This document shows, in pieces, positions 34,547 to 42,906 of a DNA stretch of 64,000 nucleotides (position 1 is its first letter; each line of letters begins with the position of its first letter). Both the position numbers and the translations under genes were made by a program. The notes under the pieces are model-generated. The model was not told the origin of the DNA. It saw only the letters and a program-made list of their open reading frames with translations, and did no database searches. Source of the stretch: Clostridiaceae bacterium (GTDB lineage: Bacteria > Bacillota > Clostridia > Oscillospirales > Acutalibacteraceae). Location: assembly GCA_016287385.1 (NCBI GenBank), contig JAEEWM010000005.1, positions 8,746 to 72,745 on the forward strand, given 5' to 3'.

Positions 34547-36556
34547 TTGAAAGTTTACGAACCGGACCAGATTAAAAACATTGCTTTTTTAGGTCACTCA
34601 AACGCAGGCAAGACCACTCTTGCCGATGCGATTATTTATTGCGGCGGTGAGGCGGACAGAATCGGCAAAACCGCGGACGGTACCGCGGTGCTTGATTTCG
34701 ACCCGGAGGAGAAAAAACGGGGCTGCTCGGTTTCTACCTCGGTGTACTCTCTTGAAAACGGCGGTCAGAAGATAAATCTTATCGACGCGCCGGGACTTTT
34801 TGACTTTGCTTCCGGTATCAGCGAGGCGCTTACGGCGGCGGATACCGCGATAATTACCGTTTCCGGCAAGTCCGGTATTACGGTCGGCGCGAAGCAGTGC
34901 TACGACAAGGCGCGCGCCGCGAAGAAGGCGGTAGCCTTTTTTATCGGAAAGCTCGATTCCTCACACGCGCATTTTTACCGTGTGGTATCGTCGCTTGTGG
35001 CAAGCTACGGCGCGGTCATCTGCCCGGTTATTGTTCCTTACGTTGAGGAGGACGCCGTAAAATGTTACGTTAATCTTGTTGAAAATCAGGCGTACACCTT
35101 TAACGGTATAAAGCCGGTCAAGTGTGATATGCCGTCAAGCACTGATATTGACGGTATGCGCGATATGCTCCTCGAAGCGGTGGCTTCCGCTGATGAGGCG
35201 CTTATGGAAAAATACTTTGAGGGTGAAGCATTCACTCCCGAGGAAATCGCCGCCGGACTGCGCGCGGGCACCCGTTCGGGTGATATTTGCCCGGTATACT
35301 GCGGCGTTCAGCAGACGGGCGAGGGCATATCTTTCCTTATAGACGGTATTCTCAGCGTATTCCCGTCCGCCGCGGACGCCAACAAAGCGGAAGCGGAAAA
35401 CAGCGCGCTGGTCTTCAAGACCATTGCCGACCCGTTCGTAGGTAAGCTTTCGTACTTCAAGGTCATCGGCGGCGAGGTCAAGGGCGATATGCGCCTTAAA
35501 AACAACCGTACCGGTGAGGAAGAGCGCATAGCCAAGGTTATGATACTCAAAGCCGGCAAGCAGGAAGACGCCGCCAGGATACCCTTCGGCGATATCGGAT
35601 GCGTTTCCAAGCTTTCGGCAACCGTTACCGGCGATACGCTTTCCGCTTCGGGTAAAATCGAGGTTAAAGCGGTCGATTTCCCGAAACCGACCCTTAAAGC
35701 CGCCATTTACCCCATCAAGAAGGGCGACGAGGAAAAGATAAGCTCCGGTCTCGCCCGTATTTGTGAAGAGGATCCTTCGCTGGAGGTTTATACCGATCCC
35801 GAGACTCACGAGCAGATAATCGTTACTCTCGGCGACCAGCATACAGATATCGTGCTCAGCAAGCTGAAAGCCAAGTTCGGCTGCGAGGCGAAGCTTGAAG
35901 AGCCGAAGATAGCATACAGAGAAACCATTAAAAAAGCGGTCAAGGCGCAGGGCAGACATAAGAAACAGTCGGGCGGCCACGGTCAGTTCGGCGACGTCTG
36001 GATAGAGTTTGAACCGTGCGACAGCGACGAGCTCGTATTTGAAGAAAAGGTATTCGGCGGCGCCGTACCGAAAAACTTCTTCCCCGCGGTTGAAAAGGGA
36101 CTGCGTGACAGCGCGCAGACGGGCGTGCTTGCCGGCTTCAAGATGGTGGGCATCAAGGCGACGCTGGTCGACGGCTCCTATCACCCGGTAGACTCTTCCG
36201 AAATGGCGTTTAAGACCGCCGCGTCCTTAGCTTTCAAAGAGGGCATCTCAAACGCCAATCCCGTACTGCTTGAACCGATATACACCCTGAACGTAGTCGT
36301 TCCCGATGAAATGCTCGGCGACGTTATCGGCGATATCAACAAGCGCCGCGGCAGAATAATCGGCATGGAGCCGGGCGAGAACAAATTGCAGAATGTTACA
36401 GCCGAGGTGCCGATAGCCGAAATGAGCGATTTTTCAACCGCCATGCGCGCTATATCTCAGGGTATGGCGACCTTTACGACGGAGTTCGCCCGCTATGAGG
36501 AAGTCCCCGCGGCGATAATGCAAAAGGTTATCGAAAAGGTTAAAAGTGAACAATAA
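34547..36556 (+). CDS. elongation factor G family GTPase (EF-G paralog)
   Basis: G1 GHSNAGKTT, G3 DAPG, domains II-V recognisable. The G4 position reads GKLD instead of NKxD. TTG start. Confidence 0.85.
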   Translation: MKVYEPDQIKNIAFLGHSNAGKTTLADAIIYCGGEADRIGKTADGTAVLDFDPEEKKRGCSVSTSVYSLENGGQKINLIDAPGLFDFASGISEALTAADTAIITVSGKSGITVGAKQCYDKARAAKKAVAFFIGKLDSSHAHFYRVVSSLVASYGAVICPVIVPYVEEDAVKCYVNLVENQAYTFNGIKPVKCDMPSSTDIDGMRDMLLEAVASADEALMEKYFEGEAFTPEEIAAGLRAGTRSGDICPVYCGVQQTGEGISFLIDGILSVFPSAADANKAEAENSALVFKTIADPFVGKLSYFKVIGGEVKGDMRLKNNRTGEEERIAKVMILKAGKQEDAARIPFGDIGCVSKLSATVTGDTLSASGKIEVKAVDFPKPTLKAAIYPIKKGDEEKISSGLARICEEDPSLEVYTDPETHEQIIVTLGDQHTDIVLSKLKAKFGCEAKLEEPKIAYRETIKKAVKAQGRHKKQSGGHGQFGDVWIEFEPCDSDELVFEEKVFGGAVPKNFFPAVEKGLRDSAQTGVLAGFKMVGIKATLVDGSYHPVDSSEMAFKTAASLAFKEGISNANPVLLEPIYTLNVVVPDEMLGDVIGDINKRRGRIIGMEPGENKLQNVTAEVPIAEMSDFSTAMRAISQGMATFTTEFARYEEVPAAIMQKVIEKVKSEQ

Positions 36557-36561
36557 ATAAC

Positions 36562-36601
36562 AAAAAAGATTCCGCGGAGAATTCCGCGGAATCTTTTTTT
36601 T
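36562..36601. terminator. bidirectional terminator between convergent genes
   Basis: AAAAAA-GATTCCGCGGA-gaat-TCCGCGGAATC-TTTTTTTT. Confidence 0.9.
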
Positions 36602-36634
36602 GGCGTATTGTAAAATCATAAATCCGCCGTGCCG

Positions 36635-38008
36635 TCAGCGGTCGTTACGTTTATCCTCTTTGTAGGGTACATATCTGATTTTGCGGGCGCTTCGCGTTTT
36701 CTTTTTGCGGTTGAGGAGCAATATCCATACTATAAGAAGCAGGATAAGCCCGCAAACGACCACATATACGGTTTTCATGAATTTTGAAGTAAAGAAATTG
36801 GCGGTGGCGTCGATCGCGGCGAGTACCGTGCTTTTTTCGATATCGTCATGCGATACGAGATTTACTGTACCTATCACCTTGTTTGCGTAGATGATATCCG
36901 CCGTTCCGAGCACCTGACCCTTTGATATCGGCGCGTTAACGGTCTTGTTGTTAAGATGCGGCTCTATCCTTACCGTGGAATCGTCCGCGTCCTTCGGAAG
37001 CAGTGACTGAAAGCCGCTTTCAAGATACACCGTGGCAAATTCCGCTTTTGAGGAAAGCTTTACATTCACCTCGTCCACCGGGTTTTTGGTATCGCCGATG
37101 GTTTTAATGACAAAATTGCCGAACACCCAGTTGAAAAGATTTTTGCTTTCCGTAAACTCGTAGCGTTTAACGGTCGGTTTATTTTCACATCCGAAAAGGA
37201 TACACATATAACTGTAATCCACGCCGTCGTTTCCGCGGCGAACGGCGGTGCTTACAAGACATCTGCCCGCCTCGGTGGTAAAGCCGGTTTTAACGCCGGT
37301 CGCGTAGGAATAAAAATAGTTTGTCGAAGTATCAAGCAGGAAGTTGGTGGTGGAAAGTCTGCGGGTGCGGTTATACATATTTGTCTCGGGGACTTCGTAT
37401 CTCGATTTGCCGCAAACCGTCCTGAACGTTTCGTTTTTAAGCGCGTAAGTCGCAAGAGTATAGGTATCGCGCGCGGTGGTGTAATGGTTTTCGTCGTGAA
37501 GACCGACGGGGTTTACGTAGTGTGTGTTTTCAAGACCGAGTTCCTGCGCTTTCTTATTCATCATATCCACGAAGTTTTCTACCGTTTCGCCGTAGGTCAG
37601 CGCGGCGAGATACGCGCAGTCGCCGCAGGAGGACATCAGCACGTAATACACTAAATCTATTTGCCTTATTTCCTCACCGACCTTAAGATTTGAGCAAACG
37701 CTGCCGGTGCCGAGGATGAGCTTCTGCGCCTCCTCGCTCATGGCGACCTTTGCCTCGGGGTCGTAAATCGGGCTTTCAAGCATAAGCGTTACAACCATTA
37801 TTTTGGTTATTGAGGCGGGAAATACCCGTTCGTTTTCGCCTTTTGCGTATACCGTTTCGCCGGTGTTAAGGCAAACGAGCAGTACGTTTTTCGCGGTCAG
37901 GTCTATACCGGTCGGCTCATAAGCCGAAACGGCAAATATCGGGGATATCAGTAAAAAAAACGATAAAATTACAGAAAATATTCTTTTAGGCATAGAAATC
38001 TTCCTCAA
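36635..38008 (-). CDS. D-Ala-D-Ala carboxypeptidase-like PBP with C-terminal TM and basic tail
   Basis: SxxK (ASITK) and KTG present. The SxN position reads S-C-G when aligned to the 3342-4445 paralog. Start ATG 38008 or 37993. Confidence 0.8.
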   Translation of the reverse strand: MRKISMPKRIFSVILSFFLLISPIFAVSAYEPTGIDLTAKNVLLVCLNTGETVYAKGENERVFPASITKIMVVTLMLESPIYDPEAKVAMSEEAQKLILGTGSVCSNLKVGEEIRQIDLVYYVLMSSCGDCAYLAALTYGETVENFVDMMNKKAQELGLENTHYVNPVGLHDENHYTTARDTYTLATYALKNETFRTVCGKSRYEVPETNMYNRTRRLSTTNFLLDTSTNYFYSYATGVKTGFTTEAGRCLVSTAVRRGNDGVDYSYMCILFGCENKPTVKRYEFTESKNLFNWVFGNFVIKTIGDTKNPVDEVNVKLSSKAEFATVYLESGFQSLLPKDADDSTVRIEPHLNNKTVNAPISKGQVLGTADIIYANKVIGTVNLVSHDDIEKSTVLAAIDATANFFTSKFMKTVYVVVCGLILLLIVWILLLNRKKKTRSARKIRYVPYKEDKRNDR

Positions 38009-38077
38009 TATGTGTTAGAATATATTTACAAAGTTATTATACAACACTTTTTCAAAAAAAATCAAGCATAAAAAGCG

Positions 38078-38809
38078 GTGAGAAAATTGGTCTATATAAC
38101 CGGTGATATGCACGGCGACCTGAGCCGTCTTTACGATAAAGAATTCAGAAAACTGCGCGCCGGCGACGTGCTCATTGTCTGCGGTGATTTCGGATATATT
38201 TTTTCCGGCGGTAAAACCGAAAAGCAGGCTATAAACTTTTTTGCCAAACGTAAATTCGTAACCGCGTTTATCGACGGCACACACGATAATCTCGAAAGGA
38301 TTAAGGCGACGCGCTCGACCGTATGGCACGGCGGTATGGTACACAGAATTAAAGGAAATCTGCTTTATCTCTGCCGCGGTCAGATATTCAGAATAGAGGG
38401 CAGTACCTTTTTTGCCTTCGGCGGGGGCGAGAGCACCGATAAGGATATGCGTATAGCGGCGGGCAACTGGTGGCGCGAAGAGGAGCCGACTCCTGCCGAA
38501 ATGGCGGACGGCGCCCGCGTTCTTGACGAGGCGGGACTGAAAGTCGATTATATCGTCACTCACGAGCCGCCCTCACTTGTTAAAAGCTCAATATTGCTCA
38601 GAAGAGGCGAAAACGATAACACAAACAAAATAAACGGTTATTTCGAGGAAATAGGCAGGTCGTGCGAGTTTCGCCGCTGGTATTTCGGCTCGCTTCACGA
38701 GGACAGGGTGATTACCGACAGATACACCTGCGTTTTCAAAAAGCTTCTCCCCGTGTCAGGCGCCGCGGGTGAAGATGAATTTAATAATGACTTGACAATG
38801 GTAGTATAA
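38078..38809 (+). CDS. metallophosphoesterase (calcineurin-like)
   Basis: GDMHGD, CGDFGY and GTHDN motifs. GTG start. Confidence 0.8.
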   Translation: MRKLVYITGDMHGDLSRLYDKEFRKLRAGDVLIVCGDFGYIFSGGKTEKQAINFFAKRKFVTAFIDGTHDNLERIKATRSTVWHGGMVHRIKGNLLYLCRGQIFRIEGSTFFAFGGGESTDKDMRIAAGNWWREEEPTPAEMADGARVLDEAGLKVDYIVTHEPPSLVKSSILLRRGENDNTNKINGYFEEIGRSCEFRRWYFGSLHEDRVITDRYTCVFKKLLPVSGAAGEDEFNNDLTMVV

Positions 38810-38837
38810 TTGTTATAGAAAAAGTTGGAGGGGTTCT

Positions 38838-40544
38838 ATGCTGAACATAAACAGACTGTGTCCCGGATGTATGAAGGATAACGGAGGAGAGAGCGTTTGC
38901 AGTATCTGCGGTTACGATTCCTCAAACAATAATCCGCCGGATAAGCTTCCGGCAAGGTTCATTATACGCGACAGGTATTACGTCGGTAAGGTGCTGTTTT
39001 CAAACTCGGAAAGTACCGTGTATCTCGGATTTGACACCGTAGAGAACAAGGCGGTCAACATAAGAGAGTTTTTCCCGTACGGTCTTGCGGAAAGAAATCC
39101 GGATAAAACGGTATTCGTTTCCCGTCAGGCGCAATACGCTTTTAACGAAGGACTTATGAGTTTCCTTGATATAAACCGCAGGTTTATCGGTTTTCCGCTC
39201 GCAAGTCTGCCTTCGACCTACTCGGTGTTTGAGGAAAACTCCACCGGCTACGCGATTTGCGAAACGGTATCCGGCATAACGCTTAAAAGCTTCCTTGCCC
39301 GCAACGGCGGAAGACTGCGCTGGGAGCAGGCGCGTTCGCTGTTTTTGCCCCTTATAGATACCGTAAAAGCCATAAACGACGCCGGCGTAGTTCACGGCGG
39401 TATTTCGCCCGAATCGATACTCGTTTGCCGCGACGGCAAGCTGCGGCTCCTTTTCGTGCCGGTGCCCGTTTCAAAGCAGAACCGTGAAGGCGTACCGGCG
39501 ATGACCCCTTTGATTTACGACGGGTACAGCGCGCTTGAAAAGTATACCGGCGACGCCGCGCCCGGCAATTATACCGACGTTTACTCCATATCCGCCACTC
39601 TGTTCAACGTTCTTATCGGAACCGTGCCGCCTCCCGCGAACGAGCGCCTTAAAAAGGACAGTCTGTCCATACCCTCTCATTTTGCCGATGAATTGCCGCG
39701 CCAGGTTCTTGTTTCACTTGCAAACGGTATGCAGGTAAAGCCGGAGGCGCGTACAAAAGATGTTGAAACACTCAAAAACGAGCTTATATACGGCGAGACA
39801 AAGGAAAATTTAAGAAAGGCGCAGCGTTCCGCGGAGAGCCCGAAAGCGGCAACTGCCGGACGCGCGGCGCCCGTGAATACGGAAGAAAAGAAGGTCTCCG
39901 GCGTTAAATACGCGCTTGCCGCAGCCGGCATCACCGCCTTGGTCTTTTTGGTGTTAGGCGCCCTTTTTTACTTCAGGATTTACAAGCCCAACGAAGCGAA
40001 AAAGAACGCGAACGGCTCTAAAACGGATACCTCTTCGGTGCAAAGCGAGCCGGTTTCCTCCGAAGAAACGCCGAGCGATGAAAGCTCCTCAAAGCCCAAC
40101 GTTCCGACCTATACCGTTCCCCGGCTGGTAGGCAAAAAATACGCGGATATCATTGATTCAAAGGATATCGCGCATTTCAAGATAATCATAAAGGGCAAAG
40201 AGTTTTCAAACGATCAGCCGGCGGGCGTTATTTGCTCGCAGTCGATACAGCCGGGCGAAAAGAAAGAACACGATACTCAGATCGAGATAACGATAAGTCT
40301 CGGAAAGTCCGAGTTCAACATGCCCAACGTCCTGTCAATGAACGAAAACGAGGCGATAATCGAACTGTTAAAGCGCGGTTTGCTTTTTGATAACATCGAG
40401 ATAGTGCCGGCGTACGATTCGGATTTCGGCTCGGGAGTTGTTATAAAGCAGGAGCCCGAGGCCAACCGCAAAATCAACACCGAAACGAAGGTAAAGGTGC
40501 ATATAAATAAGTACGAGGATCCGTCGGACGGCGGCGATAACTAA
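38838..40544 (+). CDS. zinc-ribbon / degenerate Ser-Thr kinase-like domain / TM / two PASTA domains (predicted pseudokinase)
   Basis: CPGC...CSIC ribbon and a kinase-like fold with DVYSISATLFNVLIG. The catalytic loop is VHGGISPESI instead of HRDxKxxN, VAIK is VNIR, and there is no DFG. A TM helix and two C-terminal PASTA repeats follow. Confidence 0.75.
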   Translation: MLNINRLCPGCMKDNGGESVCSICGYDSSNNNPPDKLPARFIIRDRYYVGKVLFSNSESTVYLGFDTVENKAVNIREFFPYGLAERNPDKTVFVSRQAQYAFNEGLMSFLDINRRFIGFPLASLPSTYSVFEENSTGYAICETVSGITLKSFLARNGGRLRWEQARSLFLPLIDTVKAINDAGVVHGGISPESILVCRDGKLRLLFVPVPVSKQNREGVPAMTPLIYDGYSALEKYTGDAAPGNYTDVYSISATLFNVLIGTVPPPANERLKKDSLSIPSHFADELPRQVLVSLANGMQVKPEARTKDVETLKNELIYGETKENLRKAQRSAESPKAATAGRAAPVNTEEKKVSGVKYALAAAGITALVFLVLGALFYFRIYKPNEAKKNANGSKTDTSSVQSEPVSSEETPSDESSSKPNVPTYTVPRLVGKKYADIIDSKDIAHFKIIIKGKEFSNDQPAGVICSQSIQPGEKKEHDTQIEITISLGKSEFNMPNVLSMNENEAIIELLKRGLLFDNIEIVPAYDSDFGSGVVIKQEPEANRKINTETKVKVHINKYEDPSDGGDN

Positions 40545-40552
40545 AAAAACAC

Positions 40553-40580
40553 TTGATTTTATTATAATATGTGTTATAAT
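40553..40580 (+). promoter_or_regulatory. candidate promoter of the rimP-nusA-infB operon
   Basis: TTGATT, 16 nt, TATAAT, preceded by TGt (extended -10). Confidence 0.5.
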
Positions 40581-40601
40581 GTCTGTGTAGTTTGAAGAAA
40601 G

Positions 40602-40631
40602 GTGAGTGGGTTGACCCACTCACTTTTGTTT
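40602..40631 (+). terminator. intrinsic terminator in the rimP leader (or terminator of the upstream pseudokinase gene)
   Basis: GTGAGTGGG-ttga-CCCACTCAC followed by TTTTGTTT, 59 nt before the rimP ATG. Confidence 0.75.
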
Positions 40632-40689
40632 AGCGCGCAGGGTTTCCCCGCGTAAGCGCGGATCCCGCAAAGATATAACGGAGGTAAAT

Positions 40690-41142
40690 ATGGCAAAAAC
40701 GGAAGACGTCGTTTACGGCCTGATAGAGCCGGTTGTGCAGTCTCTCGGTGTAACGCTTTGGGACGTCCGCTTTGTAAAAGAGGGCGCGTCGTACTATCTT
40801 CGGGTCTATATAGACAAGGAAGGCGGCGTGGGTATTGACGACTGCGTGGCTGTATCCCATGCTATCGACCCGGTAATAGACGGGGCGGACCCGATAGATA
40901 AGCAGTATTATCTTGAAGTTTGCTCGCCGGGTATCGAACGCGAGCTTACGCGGGACCGGCACTTTCTTATGGCGAACGGCTGTAACGTAACGGTAAAGCT
41001 TTTCAGCGCCATAGACGGCAAAAAAGAACTTACCGGCACGCTTAAAGCGGACGAAGGCGGTATATCCGTCGTGACAGGGCAGGGAGAGATCGCTCTTACG
41101 CGGTCGCAGATATCAAAAGCGTATATTAAATCGGAAGATTGA
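40690..41142 (+). CDS. rimP: ribosome maturation factor RimP
   Basis: LWDVRFVKEG...YLRVYIDKEGGVGIDDC...YLEVCSPGIEREL pattern. Confidence 0.92.
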   Translation: MAKTEDVVYGLIEPVVQSLGVTLWDVRFVKEGASYYLRVYIDKEGGVGIDDCVAVSHAIDPVIDGADPIDKQYYLEVCSPGIERELTRDRHFLMANGCNVTVKLFSAIDGKKELTGTLKADEGGISVVTGQGEIALTRSQISKAYIKSED

Positions 41143-41163
41143 TTTTCGGAGGTATATAAAAAA

Positions 41164-42249
41164 ATGGCTAAAACAAGAATTACGGCAAAAGAAAAAAAGG
41201 ATATGAAGGAGTTTTTCGAGGCTCTGCGCGAAATGGAAAGGGAGCGCGGTATACCGCGCGAGGAAATCGCGCAGAATTTTGCGGAGGCAATAACCGTTGC
41301 TTGCCGTAAGGATTACGGCGGCAACGATATCGTGGTATGCGATATCGATACCGGTAACGAAACCTTTGAGGTGTTCGCTAAAAAGGAAATCGTAAAAGAG
41401 GTTGAAAATCCGTTTACCCAGATTTCCGAGGAGGAAGCGAAGAAAATAGACTCCAAATCTCTTAAAGACGGTTTTATCAAAATAAAGATAGACCCCAAAA
41501 AGTTCGGCAGAATAATTGCGCAGAATTCAAAAAACAACTTCCGCCAGGGCGTTCGCGCGGCGGAGAAAAATCAGATACTCGCGGATTTCCAGAGCAAGAA
41601 CCGCGAGCTTGTTTCCGCGCTTATAGAGCGTATTGACCCGAAGACCGGCAACGCGATACTGACAATCGGTCACAACGAGGCGACCCTCCCGAAAATCGAG
41701 CAGGTGCCCGATGAACAGCTTCACGAGGGCGACCACATCAAGGTTTACGTTGTAAACGTAAAAGAGACCGAGCGCGGACCGCGCATAATGCTTTCGCGCA
41801 CCCATCCGGGCCTCGTAAAGCGCCTTTTTGAAACCGAAGTGCCCGAGATATTCGACGGTATTATCGAAATAAAGGGAATTGCGCGTCAGGCGGGTTCGCG
41901 CACCAAGATAGCCGTTTATTCGGAAAACCCCGAAATCGACGCTATCGGCGCGTGTATCGGTCCTAAGGGAACGAGAGTAAACAACATTGTTGACGAGCTT
42001 GCCGGCGAGAAAATAGATATTATCAAATACAGCGAAGACCCGGTTGAGTTTATCGGCGGCGCTCTGTCGCCCGCAAAGGTCGTATCGGTCGAGATAACCG
42101 ACCCCGAGGAGAAGAAATGCAAGGTCAGCGTTCCCGAGTCACAGCTGTCGCTCGCCATAGGCAATAAGGGACAAAACGTGCGCCTTGCCGCCAACCTTAC
42201 CGGTTGGAAGATAGATATTCATCCCGAAAGCGGATTTTTCGGTGAATAA
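41164..42249 (+). CDS. nusA: transcription termination/antitermination factor NusA
   Basis: N-terminal domain, S1 and two KH domains (IGACIGPKGTRV..., LAIGNKGQNVRLA). Confidence 0.95.
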   Translation: MAKTRITAKEKKDMKEFFEALREMERERGIPREEIAQNFAEAITVACRKDYGGNDIVVCDIDTGNETFEVFAKKEIVKEVENPFTQISEEEAKKIDSKSLKDGFIKIKIDPKKFGRIIAQNSKNNFRQGVRAAEKNQILADFQSKNRELVSALIERIDPKTGNAILTIGHNEATLPKIEQVPDEQLHEGDHIKVYVVNVKETERGPRIMLSRTHPGLVKRLFETEVPEIFDGIIEIKGIARQAGSRTKIAVYSENPEIDAIGACIGPKGTRVNNIVDELAGEKIDIIKYSEDPVEFIGGALSPAKVVSVEITDPEEKKCKVSVPESQLSLAIGNKGQNVRLAANLTGWKIDIHPESGFFGE

Positions 42250-42304
42250 CCGGAAACGGCGATGAAAACTGGGCGTTTTGCCCTGTGGCTTAAAAGGAGA
42301 GATT

Positions 42305-42577
42305 TTGTTGGCAAAAAAAATACCGATGAGAATGTGCGTTGCCTGCAGGCAGATGAAGCCGAAGCCGGAGCTTATACGCGTCGTAAGAACTCCCGAGGGT
42401 GAAGTTCACGCGGGTGTCGGCGGCAAAATAAACGGCAGGGGCGCATATATCTGTAACGATATCGCCTGCGTTGAAAAAGCGGAAAAGACGGGGGCGCTTG
42501 CCCGCGCTCTTGATACCGCGGTGGATAAGGCGGTGTACGAAAGTCTTAAAAAAGGGTGTGAGAGCCTTGAAAAGTAA
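42305..42577 (+). CDS. ylxR: YlxR family (DUF448) RNA-binding protein
   Basis: RMCVACRQMKPKPELIRVV and GRGAYIC motifs. TTG 42305/42308 after AGGAGAG; the ORF-track start is 42278. Confidence 0.85.
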   Translation: MLAKKIPMRMCVACRQMKPKPELIRVVRTPEGEVHAGVGGKINGRGAYICNDIACVEKAEKTGALARALDTAVDKAVYESLKKGCESLEK

Positions 42578-42878
42578 GGTGCTTACCCTTTTGGGATTTG
42601 CTTCAAGAGCGGGAGCGCTTTGTTACGGTTTTGCCGCGACCGTCGCCGCAATAAAGGCGGGCAAGGCAAAAGGTGTTTTTTTCGCCGTGGATATTTCGGC
42701 GAAGAGCCGCAAGGAAGTAATGTTTTATTGCGATAAGTTCGGCGTCGGTGCGTATGAGCTTAAAGGTATCAATATGGAGGAATTGTCACACGCGGTCGGC
42801 AGAAAATGTGCCGTAACGGCGGTTAAAGATGATTCTTTTACAAATTCGGTTATATCAAATCTGACGCTTGACGGCTGA
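42567..42878 (+). CDS. ylxQ: L7Ae/L30e-family ribosomal-protein-like YlxQ
   Basis: [37 protein letters not shown] pattern. Start TTG 42567 or GTG 42579; the ORF-track start 42471 overlaps ylxR. Confidence 0.8.
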   Translation: MKSKVLTLLGFASRAGALCYGFAATVAAIKAGKAKGVFFAVDISAKSRKEVMFYCDKFGVGAYELKGINMEELSHAVGRKCAVTAVKDDSFTNSVISNLTLDG

Positions 42879-42906
42879 TATCCGCTATCTGATTCTGGGA
42901 GGTAAT

